A stretch of 59,032 nucleotides of DNA, counting the filler, from Basidiobolus ranarum (Eukaryota), in assembly GCA_040143965.1 (NCBI GenBank). It is 9 parts of 9 records of this genome, joined end to end, with 100 filler letters (N's around TTAATTAATTAA, not from the genome) between each part and the next. Parts side by side here need not be neighbours in the genome. Positions count along the whole stretch, not along the records: positions 39,482 to 45,936 come from JASJQH010008188.1; positions 46,037 to 52,486 come from JASJQH010008189.1; positions 52,587 to 59,032 come from JASJQH010008190.1; 6 more parts are not named here. One strand, written 5' to 3'. Positions 40,935-53,561 of this stretch are shown here, one piece after another (the stretch's first letter is position 1; the number at the start of each line of letters is the position of its first letter). A program made the position numbers and the translations under genes. Under the pieces are notes generated by a model. It made no database searches, was not told the DNA's origin, and saw nothing but the letters and a program-made list of their open reading frames with translations.

Positions 40935-41845
40935 ATGTCCGAAGCACCAGCAATGGCGGGAGTTCAATCTCATAGTGAAGTGATCAATGTTTCTCGCGTG
41001 GATGAATTTTATAACAAATGGGCAGATGTAAGTGAAACTATACTATCATTTTTGTATCTTCATGCTTAATTATCGAACTCTTTTCCTATTAGATATATGA
41101 CCACGATGGAAACGTACTACAACAAATAGATGATCACCGATTTAATGATGTTATGCCAAAGTTAATGAGTGAATATTCACCATCACCTTCAAAGAAAACT
41201 CTTCGGATCCTGGATTTTGGATGTGGAACTGGTAGAAATCTCATCAAGCTCGTGGAAATGCAACAGAAAAGATCCGACTCGAAGGAAGAGGGGAGAGGAT
41301 GGGAAGAGGTTGAAATAGTTGGGATGGAGGTGTCCCCAGGTATGATGTCTAAGGCTCAAAAGAGAGTTGCTGAAGTGAATGATCTTCAGTCATCTACTTC
41401 CTCTCCTACTGTATCTGTTAGTTGGCTTCTCCATGATATCATGTCAGCTCTTCCGGTTCCACTTAAAGCACAAAATGTCGACATCCTTTACACCACTCTT
41501 GTCTTGGAGCATCTCCCTGAGCTTACACCATTCTTTAAGTTTGCCAGGGAGATTTTAGTTCCTGAAAATGGAAGACTTTACATCTCAAATATGCATCCTG
41601 ATATGGGAAAGAACACCCGTGCCGGTTTTACAGATGCACAGACTGGAAAAAAGGTTATAGGGTTCTCGGCCAATCATTCCATTGAAAGTTTAATACAAAT
41701 AGCTGAGAGTAATGGATTCAAGCTGAGGCAGAAGTTTGAAGATGGTGTTGAGGATTCCGATCACGCCAAAAGGTTAGGATCACGAGGTGAGAAGTGGATT
41801 GGAGTTACGATGTTGGTGGCCTTAGTTTTTGATATTGCTAACTAG
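40935..41845 (+). CDS. Class I SAM-dependent methyltransferase; exons 40935-41027 and 41093-41845
   Basis: ATG at 40935, GTAAGT..TAG intron, spliced YNKWADIYDHDGNVLQQIDD; motif I ILDFGCGTG; TLVLEHL. Confidence 0.88.
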
Positions 41846-44075
41846 TATCTCCATAGAATATGATGTAATAATATATAGCCTAGTTTATTAGCTAAATAAA
41901 TCGATAATCTTGCTATTCGTGGTTTAAAAACCAAACTCAGAAGATGCTGAAATAAATAAATAGAAGTTTTTGGAGCAAACAGTGACTATCTTAAGTATGA
42001 TCATATCCAATAGTTAGCTTTACCGAGTAATATGGTGTAGATGTAAAAGTAGTACTTTTTGTCTTTTCTATCCGAATTCTTGGATTTTAAGTTTGGTATT
42101 ATGGGCAATTGGTTGACATTTCTCTAATATTATATGATATAATAGTAATGCACAATCAATGCAGCATTGTGTTAGTATCGGCTTTGGCAGGGGGCTCTAA
42201 GCTTCATTGTCGAGCTAGAATTTGTTCTAAACTTTCACGCTGCGTATTTAATGCATTAACAGTTTCACCAGCATTAGCATGTGAATGGTTTAACACAAGA
42301 TATAACTTTGTTGCGTTTCATCCATACTTACTAATTTCCAATAACTTAAGCTCTGTGTGGTCAAATTTTTTTCTCTCAAGTTTAACTATACGTTGTTGAA
42401 TTCTATTTCTGAGTTAGTAATTCAATAAACACCCAAGATATCTCAGCTATTTCAAATAAGTGGGCTTGTTTTCTAAGGATTTAACTTTGGGTTTTCTCGA
42501 AAACTGCGGATTCTTTTCTGGAGTTAACCTTACACAACGTTAATGTGAAATAAGTTGAAATTATTTATATGATTATTACCTAATGGGCTGGTATACCTTA
42601 TTTTTAGCTCGTATCTTTGGTAACAGATTCTTAGTTTGTAAAGATATGTATAGCCCTTTTCTGTGGTCCGACATCTCAAACGGAATTTCAACCCCTAAAA
42701 AGTACATCTGATCCTAACCCTTCCAAATTTCGATCCCTTCGGTATTGCACTCTCTTTTGTGTATATTCCAAGTACAATATCTACTGCCCATGGTTCGACT
42801 GTGGCTACCCCATCTATTTCCAGATTTCAGTATCCAACTTTATGCAACATCAACGACGAATATATATCACCCGAAGATAATTACTGCTGCTTTTAAAGTT
42901 GGTGATGCTAGAGTTTTTTTGAAATTGTAAGTGTTGTGATAGATATCAAAGTGGTTATGTAAGTAAACTGAGGTTAATAATGGCATGGTCTTTACTACCT
43001 AAGTAAAGCTCTGTATTATGAGTGTGCAGAATGAGGTTGAGATTTGATAGCGATATTATAGCCCGTGCGGATTCTACCATCCAATTGATTACATACCCCA
43101 GAGTCAACTCTAACCCCAGTAATCTGGGCAGCACCAACGATCACGCGACACTTATATACCTTTACTATACCCTAAGATACAATCAAAGCAAATGTATAAC
43201 ATAGTAAGAGTGGTATATTTGGACGTACTTCTTTAGTCCACAAATAACGATGTGCTACCTATTTAGAATTGTTATTGTTACTTTTATGATAGACCCCATA
43301 TATCAGATCAAAGAATGTTGTTTACACTAGTGGCATAAACAATCAAAGCGTTGATCCAATGCAAATAGTTCATGTGATGATATACCGCTAACCGAATAGC
43401 ATATCAGGAAATCGAGGCATACCAGTACTTGATGAGGCGTTACTAAAGTAGTACAAATTATAATTTAGTCAACAAAGACAGGCTTTTTAACTCCATCCAA
43501 CTAATTCGAGGGCATAGCATTTTGAAACTATATCTTGTTAGATGTTGAATTGAATTCCAAACTTAAGGTATAGTCATGGCTTTGGAGTACATAATTAATT
43601 CAAGTTCATTTCTAACTACAATATCGAGATATCCCATTAAGAGTTTGAATCCTTAATTTGATGCATTGCAACAAATTATAGCCATATTTACGTCTCTCAT
43701 CTTGGATAACATATGCCATAGTTTAGTCAACACTATTCTGTACACTAGCAATATTTAAGGTTGCTTAAATAGGTAATTCTACCAGGTTGGAATGGCACTG
43801 TGACTTCAACCAACTTTTGTATTGATTGATGATCTGAATATTCGTGTTTTTGAGTAGGAGCAGCGTTCGTTGGTCTGATGTATGCCATCACTTATCATGA
43901 CAATAACAATAAGACTACATAAGCGAGAAGAGGTTGCACATCAATATATGCTGATTGATCTCTTTACACTACGCTAGGGTGTAGTAAAGATATTTAAGTG
44001 AGATCCATACTTCATCAGTACATCAAGTTAGCCATTCTCAAGTCACTTTATCAATATCCTCAATTGTGCTGAATC

Positions 44076-44985
44076 ATTAAGCTCTTTGCAAGTGCCCTGG
44101 TATTATTACCTACTGTGCTCGTAATGGCCGACGAGTCAACCTTCTTGAACACCTCACAAATTGTTGAAAAACATGCAAACTCTGTCTGTGACGGTGTTGT
44201 TGCAAGACTCGCGGTCTTCGGCATCCATGCAGACATCAATGTATGCGTTAATGCTGAACTCGCTTAACTTACTACTCATATAAATATTCCCTACATGATG
44301 ACTTGTGCCGAAGTTATCGCTGCCGCGAAGATTCTTGGAATCAAAGCGGATGTGAAAGTGTGTGCAGTCACTAATAGCCATGGTAAAAAGCATGGAAAGG
44401 TATATGAGAAGAGAGGTGATGAGGACTATGTAAGCATCATGTACAACAAACCTCCGATTCAACCCTCAACATCCACTTATCCTGAGAAACCCTACAAATC
44501 TGAGTACCCATTAACACCACCAGGCTACCCCACTACACCAGACAAGCCCCCAGTTCAGCTGCCAGCACCCGAAAGATCTCGTTGTATGGCATGCAAACCT
44601 CCTAAGCCTCTGGTTTATCCACCAATCACCGAGAAGCCTCCTTGCAAGACATGCAGACCTCCCAAGCCACCTATTCAGCCTCTGGTTCCCCTACCAACAA
44701 ACGAGAAATCTCCTAAGCCTCCAGTCTACCTGCCGGCTCTACCACATATGCCTCCCACTTGCCTGCCAACTCCAGACAGACCTTGCAGCCCAAAAATCAT
44801 GTGAAGAAATCATCACCAAAATCCATACAGTGTGCAGTGCCAATATTGACATCAATTTCTGTCTCAACTTGAGAATCAATATCGATTCTCTTCGCCTTGA
44901 AAGTCTCAAATGTCGCATGATTGCTAGTGCTGCTCAGATTGCTGGCACAAACATGGATCTTGGAGTCAGTAATTGTTTAGATGGT
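44076..44985 (+). pseudogene. Disrupted secreted Pro-rich protein with four Cys-bounded hydrophobic repeats
   Basis: Signal-peptide-like IKLFASALVLLPTVLVMA begins at ATT rather than ATG; in-frame TAA at 44265; Pro-rich middle; frameshift near 44795 leading into two further repeats. Confidence 0.6.
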
Positions 44986-45034
44986 AGAACACGTGTTGGG
45001 TTTCACAAATGCACTTGCTACCAACATAATATTG

Positions 45035-45377
45035 AACGTGAGTTATTATTGATTCATTGTAAATTGATATTTATGATTTTATCAAGAAGTAAATAAACCA
45101 ACGTGTAGAATATGTCCAAGAGGATTGCACAAACATATGTAAAGCGTTTGGGGTCTCTTGGACATGTTTGTGAAAATCTCATAATCTGAGAATTTCTAAG
45201 TTGGTTGAGGCATTCACATATCAAAAATATTGAGTAGAAAGCTGGCATATACAACTTTGACAAGATAACAAACAAACATAAAGAATATCTTAAGCAAAGT
45301 GCAATGAATATGTAGGCAGAGTTGAGGGCTTTTGGCACAAGTTTGAAAAACTTTACATCTGAGAACTTGTAAGCTAG
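45035..45377 (-). mobile_element. Two highly degenerate LTR-A-like fragments in tandem
   Basis: Both resemble 45510-45670 (..TTTG.AAAA....ATCTGAGAA.TT.TAAG). Confidence 0.55.
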
Positions 45378-45443
45378 AATAATCCCTTAAGTAAATTCTG
45401 ATTCAGCATATAGGATGATATCGTGGTCAAATATAGTATAACT

Positions 45444-45790
45444 TGTTAAAGTATTTGGGAGCCTATTGGAAGTGATTTGGAGAATTAGAGGAATTGGTGG
45501 TTTTCACTTATTGATTTATTGAGTCGAAAGTTGACATTTATAGTTTTGTCAAGATGTAAACAAACTAATGTGTAGAATATGTTAAGGAAGGTCCCAGGAG
45601 CATGTGTGCAAAGTTTGGGGCTTCTAGCACAAGTTTGAAAAACTATATATCTGAGAACTTCTAAGTTGGTAAAAATATTCCAAGTAAATTCCAATTGAGA
45701 ATAATTGATAATATCTTTGTGAGTTATAAGATAACTAATTACTAAGTTATATATGACTATATAGGTGTTTAGGCAATGCTAATTTCAACA
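45444..45790 (-). mobile_element. Full-length copia LTR-A, solo
   Basis: TGTTAAAG...TTTCAACA; reverse complement of 2760-3107 and 53214-53561; no matching target-site duplication. Confidence 0.92.
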
Positions 45791-46334
45791 CTTCATACCC
45801 GAGGTTTAGCTCATACCCAACATGAGTTTGTATCAATATCTCCATCAAAGCCCACCATTGTATTAACATTGCTGAATCAACATTCTTCCAGCTATCTGGC
45901 AGATACCCTGCAATATTGTGCCACTCTGTATTAAGTNNNNNNNNNNNNNNNNNNNNNNNNNNNNNNNNNNNNNNNNNNNNTTAATTAATTAANNNNNNNN
46001 NNNNNNNNNNNNNNNNNNNNNNNNNNNNNNNNNNNNACAATACACATACCCACAATACCGTATGTACACTGCGGCTCATATATCTGAGATGGAATCTAAT
46101 CAGTCTTCGTCTTGATTTAAAATGTACTTCAAATGATTTAAAATAGGCCTCTTTTGGAGATAAGGATAATCTCATTGCTCCATTAATCCAGATGTGATAT
46201 TGAGCGGATGCCGATGATTGGCAAGATTATCTTGGTCCACTGATTCTGAATCATAGAGGATTAGGTTTAGTATATGTGCAGGTACGGGTATGTGCGTGAA
46301 TAAGAGTGGCGAGATGAGTTTGACAATCGAATCT

Positions 46335-46455
46335 TAGGGTTAGGGTTAATGGGGGAGAGCGAATGACGAGAGGAGGAGATGGGATGTGAAACTTCTATGC
46401 CATTCGATCCCAAAGCCTCAAGATCTACCAACCCGACCATACATATTCTGACTCA
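46335..46455 (+). promoter_or_regulatory. SNZ1 upstream motifs: TTAGGGTTAGGGTTA and TGACTCA (Gcn4/AP-1 consensus)
   Basis: Telobox repeat at 46335-46349; TGACTCA at 46449-46455. Confidence 0.45.
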
Positions 46456-46645
46456 CGATATACAATACAAGGGTGGGTATTATAAGGGTTAGGATAGATA
46501 TTCACTCCACCAATAAAACTCCCCAACCCATTTTTGGTGGTGATTATTGGGCCTAAGAACTGGTCGAGAATGTCAAATGGATATATAATCCGCTAAGAAA
46601 ACATTCCAATTTACTTCATACCTCTTCACTCTTCGCTATTACATC

Positions 46646-47675
46646 ATGTCCGCTGCCAACTTCGCTACTCCTCAAAATTTAACTGCTCAAAATGGTGTTC
46701 AATCCGTTGAAGACCGTAAATCCGCCTTCGCTGTCAAGGCTGGTTTGGCTCAAATGTTAAAGGTATGGTGTGATATGATGTGACATGATATACGATCAAA
46801 GTCTCCTTCCAAGAATTGTTATTCATTCCAATTTATTCATTTAGGGTGGTGTTATCATGGATGTTATTGACGCTGAACAAGCCCGTATCGCTGAAGAAGC
46901 TGGTGCCTGTGCTGTCATGGCTTTGGAGAGAGTACCCGCTGATATTCGTAAGAACGGTGGTGTCGCTCGTATGTCCGACCCTAAGATGATCAAAGAAATC
47001 ATGGCCGCTGTTACCATTCCAGTTATGGCCAAGGTTCGTATCGGTCACTTTGTTGAGGCCCAAATCTTGGAAAGTGTTGGTGTCGATTATATTGATGAAT
47101 CTGAGGTCTTGACCCCCGCTGATGAAGCCAACCACATTGACAAACACAAGTATAAGGTTCCTTATGTTTGTGGTTGCAAGAACCTCGGTGAAGCTCTCCG
47201 TAGAATCAACGAAGGTGCTGCTATGATCAGAACCAAGGGTGAGGCTGGTACCGGTAACGTTGTTGAGGCTGTTCGTCACGCTCGTACTGTTGCCTCAGAT
47301 ATCCGTCGCGGTAGAGGTATGACTGATGAAGAACTTTATGCTTATGCCAAGGATCTCCAAGCTCCTTATGACCTTCTCAAGGAAACCGTTCGTTTGGGTC
47401 GTCTCCCAGTTGTCAACTTCGCCGCCGGTGGTGTTGCCACTCCTGCTGATGCTGCTTTGATGATGCAACTTGGTTGTGATGGTGTCTTTGTTGGTTCCGG
47501 TATCTTCAAGTCCGGAGACCCAGCCAAGCGTGCCAGAGCCATCGTTCAAGCTGTCACCCACTACAACGACCCTGCCGTCATTGCCCAAGTTAGTGAAGAT
47601 CTTGGTGAAGCTATGGTTGGTATTAACATTTCCGATATCCCTGCTGATCAAGTTTTCGCCAAGCGTGGATGGTAA
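46646..47675 (+). CDS. SNZ1: Pyridoxal 5'-phosphate synthase synthase subunit (PdxS/PDX1); exons 46646-46762 and 46845-47675
   Basis: [17 protein letters not shown]...[11 protein letters not shown]...RTKGEAGTG...[14 protein letters not shown]...AKRGW; strong codon bias. Confidence 0.98.
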
Positions 47676-47975
47676 ATATCTGGGGGAAAGAAACACGAAC
47701 CTTTTGTAAATCTATATATAACAGTTAGTTCGTTTTGCATTCCATATATCAGCATATATACATGTTAGACAAAATACATAGTTTATCTTTTTAATTCTAA
47801 GCATTTCAATAAATCCTTTATCTTTCTTGGAAGGTATCTAAATTATTTCATTCGCACCAATCAACCGACAATGGGTTCATTTTTTTTTCTCTTATATATA
47901 CACACCTATAACTGGTCTTATGAATCCAATATACACTTTGATTCAATCAATTTTATCCTAGTGTATTTCCGAATT

Positions 47976-48284
47976 ATGTGCGTTGAAGATACCCCTTCTA
48001 CCACTCCAACCACCTCTTCACTAACTAAAGCAGAAGTTAAAATTGGAGAAGAGCATTTCAACCAAGTAAGAAGCAAATGGACCGGTATCTCTTATCCTAG
48101 AGAAAGTATACCAGAAGATGAGGATTGGACAGTAACCTCACCCGAACTTATATCCAAAGAGTTACGAGTTTTACATAAAGGCTTACTAGTTGAACAAAAA
48201 ACTTTAAAAAAACCAGTACCCTTATCCAAAGTTGTAGAAGCTGTATCGTTTAGATGGAGATTTGAAGAGTGGTTTCCACATTAA
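47976..48284 (+). CDS. Small DUF4050 / Gag1-like clamp domain protein
   Basis: GEEHFNQVRSKWTG...LKKPVPLSKVVEAVSFRWRFE fits the remembered family pattern G..W...R..W.G...P.PL..V..L...W..E; start codon uncertain. Confidence 0.6.
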   Translation: MCVEDTPSTTPTTSSLTKAEVKIGEEHFNQVRSKWTGISYPRESIPEDEDWTVTSPELISKELRVLHKGLLVEQKTLKKPVPLSKVVEAVSFRWRFEEWFPH

Positions 48285-48391
48285 ACCCTATATAAAACTA
48301 AAAGATACTTTGGGAAAATTCCCTTTGGTAAAATTGAAGTGTTGGTGAAAAAGGTTTCTTTGGATGGAATTCTCCTTTATTCTTGGGAAAA

Positions 48392-49916
48392 TTATTCTTG
48401 TTTAATACCAATGGCATTCAACCTTTCTACCAAAGGTGGATGAGAATAATGATATGTAGAATACCATGAATCTGGGTTCATGTTTCCTTTGTTCTTGGTA
48501 TGTAATTTGATCAAACCAGATTTGAGTTGTTCTGCGTATCCTAGTTTCTCTGCATAGGAATCTAAATAAAAGTCAAGTATAGGTTAGGGTTTCGGTTAGG
48601 TAGGGGATAGGGTTGAATGAAATTGAATAAGAATATATTACCTGCTTGGAATTCGTGCTTTCTACTCAACACATTCATAAAGAATCCAAGAAGACTTTCA
48701 ACGGGGGAGAAGATATAACTGAACAACATGAAACCAACCAAAGTTGGGGTAACATTGAAACCGAAATCTTGATAAAGCGTTTGACTGGAGATGAACTTGG
48801 AGAACATATAGAACAAAGTGAAGAGATGTACTTGAGAAATACCAAACAGTTTAAAGACATGATTGAACTTCCAGTGACCAAGTTCATGTCCTAATACTGC
48901 GCATATCTCTGGGTTGGTGGAATCCTCTAATAAAGTATCAAATAGTACAATACGCTTGTTCTTAAAGAATCCATAGAAATAGGCATTGCTGTGACTGGAC
49001 CGTTTGCTTCCATCAATCACGTAAAGTTGAGTTAGGGGGAATTCAATACGTTTAGCTAAAGCTTCAATATCTTTTCTCAATTCATTTTCAGGCAATGGGG
49101 TGAAGGTGTTGAACAATGGTTGAATGTAAGTAGGATAAATAGTGACCATCAAGATTTGGAACATCAACCTAATGAAATGATTAATTAGTGACATGAATGA
49201 ATGATATGATAGCTTCGTTACTTACATGAATACCCAAATGTAAAAGTAAAATTGTTCACCAGTCGACTTGATAATCCATAAGAAGGCACTGACGAGTGGG
49301 ATTCCTATAGCTCCACCCAAAAGATATCCCTTAAGCATATCCTCAAAGAACAACTTGTATGTTTGTTTGTTGAAACCATGACGTTGCTCAATGACAAAAG
49401 TACTGTATAGACTAAAGGGAATCGAGGTAATGGACCCAATCAAAGAAATGATCACGAAGAAAAACACCGATTGAACGATCTAACAAAGTGAGTTAGTAGG
49501 TAACCGGAGTTGAATACTGGTAAATGAAAACACACCTCATATTCACTACCATATCCAAAGTAACCGATCAAACTACCAGAGACACCCCAGGCCCAAGCCA
49601 AAAACTCATACTGAATTAGCATAGTATTCTCAAATTGAGACCAAGCACCAGATATGAAACCAAAGCGTGACTTGTCTAAACCATACTGTCTAGCTTTTTC
49701 AAACTCTTCTTCAGTAACTATATCTTCGATAGCTTTGGGTCGTCGTGGCTCTTGAAGCTTACAATGCTGACGATAGCTATATTTACAGGGTAATAATTAG
49801 AGAAAGAACGCACCATATTTAAAGGAATAGGATGAAGAGTAGAAATACCTTAAGTATGTTTCAAATAGATACACCGCCCATGAGAACGTCAGAACGTAAC
49901 TCTTGTAAGAACCCAT
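48392..49916 (-). CDS. STE24: CAAX prenyl protease 1 (M48 zinc metalloprotease), multi-exon
   Basis: FETYL-SYRQH, FVIEQRHGFNKQT, VIDGSKRSSHSNAYFYGF, HELGH, SRKHEFQA-D, YHYSHPPLVERLNAI. Confidence 0.96.
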
Positions 49917-50456
49917 AATTGTAGTTTAGGTATGGGTGCTGCCAGTGTTCGCAAGTGCTGGCGGCTATAAAATCAAGTAAAGGTTTTATGTGATGAAGTC
50001 ATATATGATTGGTGAATTCAAATTTGTCAAATGGATTGATTCAACCTGATCGACTATATATTTATTACCTAGTTTTCTTGAATTATTAAATACAAATTCT
50101 ATGCCAGATGTTGTTGCTTAAATCAAGAAGTTCGTGAAAGGCTCAGGCCAAATCTAAGGTTAAGTTTAAACAGATCGTCTAAACCAGAATCCAAATCCTG
50201 ACTTTCAGCCTCCATTATATTTAGCACACTTCGTCCAGATGCCTGTTTCGATAACGTTATCATTAGGATGAAGCACAAGAGACAACTAGAGTATTGAACA
50301 AACATGATGTAGAGCTAGCTATTACCTCAATTATTGTTGTGACTTTATACTTTCAATCTACTCCAAAACGTAGCTGAGACAACCCTGATTCTCAGACTTG
50401 TATGATCATTGTTACTGTGTAGCAAATGTTGTCATACAGCAGTTGTAAAAACAAAA

Positions 50457-50529
50457 CGATCCGGGTGGGGGTCGAACCCACGACTTTCTCCTCCGGAGGG
50501 AGACACTCTTTCCACTGAGCTACAGGACC
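50457..50529 (-). tRNA. tRNA-Arg(CCG)
   Basis: GGTCCTGTAGCTCAGTGGAAAGAGTGTCTCCCTCCGGAGGAGAAAGTCGTGGGTTCGACCCCCACCCGGATCG folds to a cloverleaf with anticodon stem TCTCC/GGAGA around CCG and a TTCGA T-loop; followed by a poly-T Pol III terminator. Confidence 0.93.
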
Positions 50530-50967
50530 GTCATACTGCGTTACTGCTTGTATTAAAAATTGATGTTAAAATACTAAGAAATCTGGGATGGCACTCCATA
50601 TATAACACGGTTCTTGCTGGATCCACATGAATTCTGAAAGAGATGGAAGAGGACAAGGAGAGAAAGGCTGCTAAAGAGAACGGTGAGGTAGATACAGTAC
50701 CACCACCTATGAGTCATGACGAGAAGAGAAGATTGGAGGATATGGTGCAGGAATAATTGTTAATAATGTTTTAAAACATAATCCCTAGTACTTTGTCGAT
50801 AACTCGTGCTCAAACATCTTTAGAGATGGGATAGGCACCTTTGGCATGTACATACAAACTTTAGATATACAAGGAATAGGAGTTGAGCCACAGTAGGCTG
50901 ATTTATTTATTATATTATTAAGATTAGTTTCTAAGTCTAAAGCTGCTGTACAATGAGTGAAAATAAA

Positions 50968-52071
50968 TTAGATATAAATAGAATGGACTAATTTCGTGTC
51001 GGTATGAACCATAGATGGTGCATCAACAGAGATAATCATCTCGGCACCTTCATCAAGGTCGAGGTCAAGGTCGGAGAAGACCTCACTGGTATTATCCAAA
51101 GGAACATATCCATGACTCCCAATGTGGGTTGGTAGTAACTCCGGAGTTCCTTTAACAGGACCATGCCATTGCGGAGCGATACGCCCTTTGTAAACAATTA
51201 TGAAACATACAAAAGCGTAAACGAATCCTCCAATTAGATCGACAATGTAGTGATGACGGAAATATAAACAGGCCCACCAGATCCATGTGATGTATAGGAA
51301 ATTGAACGGAATGAGATATGGCTTTAAATGGCCCAGGAAAAGGTTGATCATGACGGCACATCCGCTATGTAAGCTAGGAAATGCTCCAAATACCAATGGC
51401 GAGTTATGAAAGGTATTTCCGTATAAATCAATCTTCAATATCTCATCTATACGAGCCAAACCTCCAGGCTCACCATGAATCGAGTAGTCCGCAGGCTCCA
51501 ACCCATAGAGATACAAGTACCAGGGAGAAGCAGTGGGGAATAAGAGTTGAGTAATGACACCAGCCAAGTTCATATATCCATACGCACGAACAAACTTAGG
51601 TAGAGTGCCTTTAGGTCCGAGGAGATACATCACTGGAACAGCAACGAATCCATTGACAAAGTGTAATATTCCATATACAATCCAAGCTAATACATCCTTC
51701 CAGTCAGATGTGTTACTCGCTAAGACATCCGATAGATTACCACCGAAAAGAAAAACCTCGGTTTTGGGTAAGAAAGTAGTATTGATACTTGGGCGAAGAT
51801 CAATGGGAACATTACCACAGGTGATAAATAAAGATAACCAGGTTATCACCGGTAATGCAGGTCGTATGATTTCGCGTGATCGAGGGATGAAGTAATAGAC
51901 ATTAGCACCGATAAGAATAACCGACAACTTCAATGCCCAGTGTAACGGGTTCCAAATGAGAAATGGGACTGAAGCAAGACATAAAAATGGTAGCTCAAGG
52001 TAAGACAGGTAAAGAGTGAACCGGTCGAAAAATCTGTAGTATGCCTTAATAAATGGCTGCAGACTCTTCAT
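50968..52071 (-). CDS. AUR1: Inositol phosphorylceramide synthase (PAP2 superfamily)
   Basis: DVLAWIVYGILHF, GYMNLAGVITQLLFPTASPWY, GGLARID, FGAFPSLHSG, HHYIVDLIGG; intronless. Confidence 0.94.
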   Translation of the reverse strand: MKSLQPFIKAYYRFFDRFTLYLSYLELPFLCLASVPFLIWNPLHWALKLSVILIGANVYYFIPRSREIIRPALPVITWLSLFITCGNVPIDLRPSINTTFLPKTEVFLFGGNLSDVLASNTSDWKDVLAWIVYGILHFVNGFVAVPVMYLLGPKGTLPKFVRAYGYMNLAGVITQLLFPTASPWYLYLYGLEPADYSIHGEPGGLARIDEILKIDLYGNTFHNSPLVFGAFPSLHSGCAVMINLFLGHLKPYLIPFNFLYITWIWWACLYFRHHYIVDLIGGFVYAFVCFIIVYKGRIAPQWHGPVKGTPELLPTHIGSHGYVPLDNTSEVFSDLDLDLDEGAEMIISVDAPSMVHTDTKLVHSIYI

Positions 52072-52586
52072 TGTGAAATTAAGATACGTTTACATGAGGT
52101 TTAGCCATGCAATATATATATGTTCAGATATCCGGAAAAAACCGATATCCTGATTTCCGAAATATCAATATTTTCTTATCATCGTGTTCATCATTTTTCA
52201 TTACCCGAATGCGGGAATAACGCGATTGACTTATACCTTAAGTGTCGCTTTATCCATGATCAGATTGCTATAAAATCAGGTAAACCCCAACATTTTCTGC
52301 TACGGACTCAAAAATTCTGATGCCGAGGATTATTATAAATCGGAAATTCGGCTCCAATCATGACTAGAATATTCTATAAGATATCCCTTTCTGCTTAAGG
52401 ATTGATTTCCATATTTAAATATTATCGATTCCCTCGGATAAAGCATTCATAAACGCGAATACCTTCTGACGACTTAACTTTATTTCNNNNNNNNNNNNNN
52501 NNNNNNNNNNNNNNNNNNNNNNNNNNNNNNTTAATTAATTAANNNNNNNNNNNNNNNNNNNNNNNNNNNNNNNNNNNNNNNNNNNN

Positions 52587-52708
52587 GTTTGTTTACATCT
52601 TGACAAAACTATAAATGTCAACTTTCTGCTCAATAAATCAATAAGTGAAAACCACCAATTCCTCTAATTCTCCAAACCACTTCCAACAGGCTCCCAAGTA
52701 CTTTGACA
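52587..52708 (+). mobile_element. Copia LTR-A 3' part, abutting pol sequence
   Basis: Matches about 2985-3107 and ends TTTGACA. Confidence 0.88.
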
Positions 52709-53561
52709 ATATTCTGGATCAAACTTTGATATGATGGGATATTCAGATGCAAATTGGGGAAGAGATATTGAAGACAGGACATGAACAAAAAGATACTTAA
52801 TTCTTTGCTGTAATGGAGCTATTTCTTGGAATTCAAACAAGCAACCTACTATAGCACTTTTAACAACCCAAACTGAATACATGGCTACCTGTGAAGCAAC
52901 AAAAGAACCATTATTTCTAAGAAAACTCTAAACAGATTTAGGCTATTCATACAATTCACCAACTACAGCATTTCAATCTAATCATGGTTGTGTCAAATTA
53001 GCTAAAAATCCCATGTTTCCTAATAGTGGCAAACATATAGATATTAGACATCACTTCATTAGAGACTATAGAGAATAAGCTTATTGACTTGACTTATTGT
53101 TCTACTGAAGACATGATTGCTGATATACTAAACAAACCATTAGCCAGACAGAAATTTGAGAAATTTAGACTTTCCTTAGGATTAGTTTAAAAGACTATTT
53201 AGTTGAAGGAGAGTGTCAAAATTAGCATTGTCTAAACACCTATATAGTCATACATAACTTAGCACTCAGTTATCTTATATTTCACTAAGATATTACCCAT
53301 TATTCTCAATCAGAAATTACTTGGAATATTGGCACCAACTTAGAAGTTCTCAGATATATAGATTTTTCAATCTTGTGCTAGAAGCCCCAAGCTTTGCACA
53401 CATGTTCCTGGGACTTTCCTTAACATATTCTACACAATGATTTGCTTACATCTTGACAGAACTATAAATGTCAACTTTCAACTCAATAAATTAAAAAGTG
53501 AAAACCACCAATTTCTCTAATTCTCTAAGCTACTTCCAACAGGCTCCCAGAAACTTTAACA
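52709..53561 (+). mobile_element. Ty1/copia 3' end: RNase H, PPT (53202-53213), 3' LTR-A (53214-53561)
   Basis: GYSDANWG, AISWNSNKQ..EYMA, KHIDIRHHFIRD, TEDMIADILNKPL; GTTGAAGGAGAG purine tract immediately before a TGT...ACA LTR. Confidence 0.93.

Noticed and set aside
46833-47709. Long antisense and alternate-frame ORFs over SNZ1
   Set aside because: By-products of strong codon bias in SNZ1.
48580-48612. TTAGGG-like tract as a telomere or telomerase RNA template
   Set aside because: Short, degenerate and inside a STE24 intron.
50457-50529. tRNA-Arg(CCG) as a pseudogene or recoding tRNA because of a U6-C67 acceptor mismatch
   Set aside because: The other arms, internal promoter boxes and terminator are intact; one mismatch is tolerated.
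46037-52486. SNZ1, DUF4050-like, STE24, tRNA and AUR1 as a functional cluster
   Set aside because: Functionally unrelated housekeeping genes; no SNO1 partner is visible within this contig.
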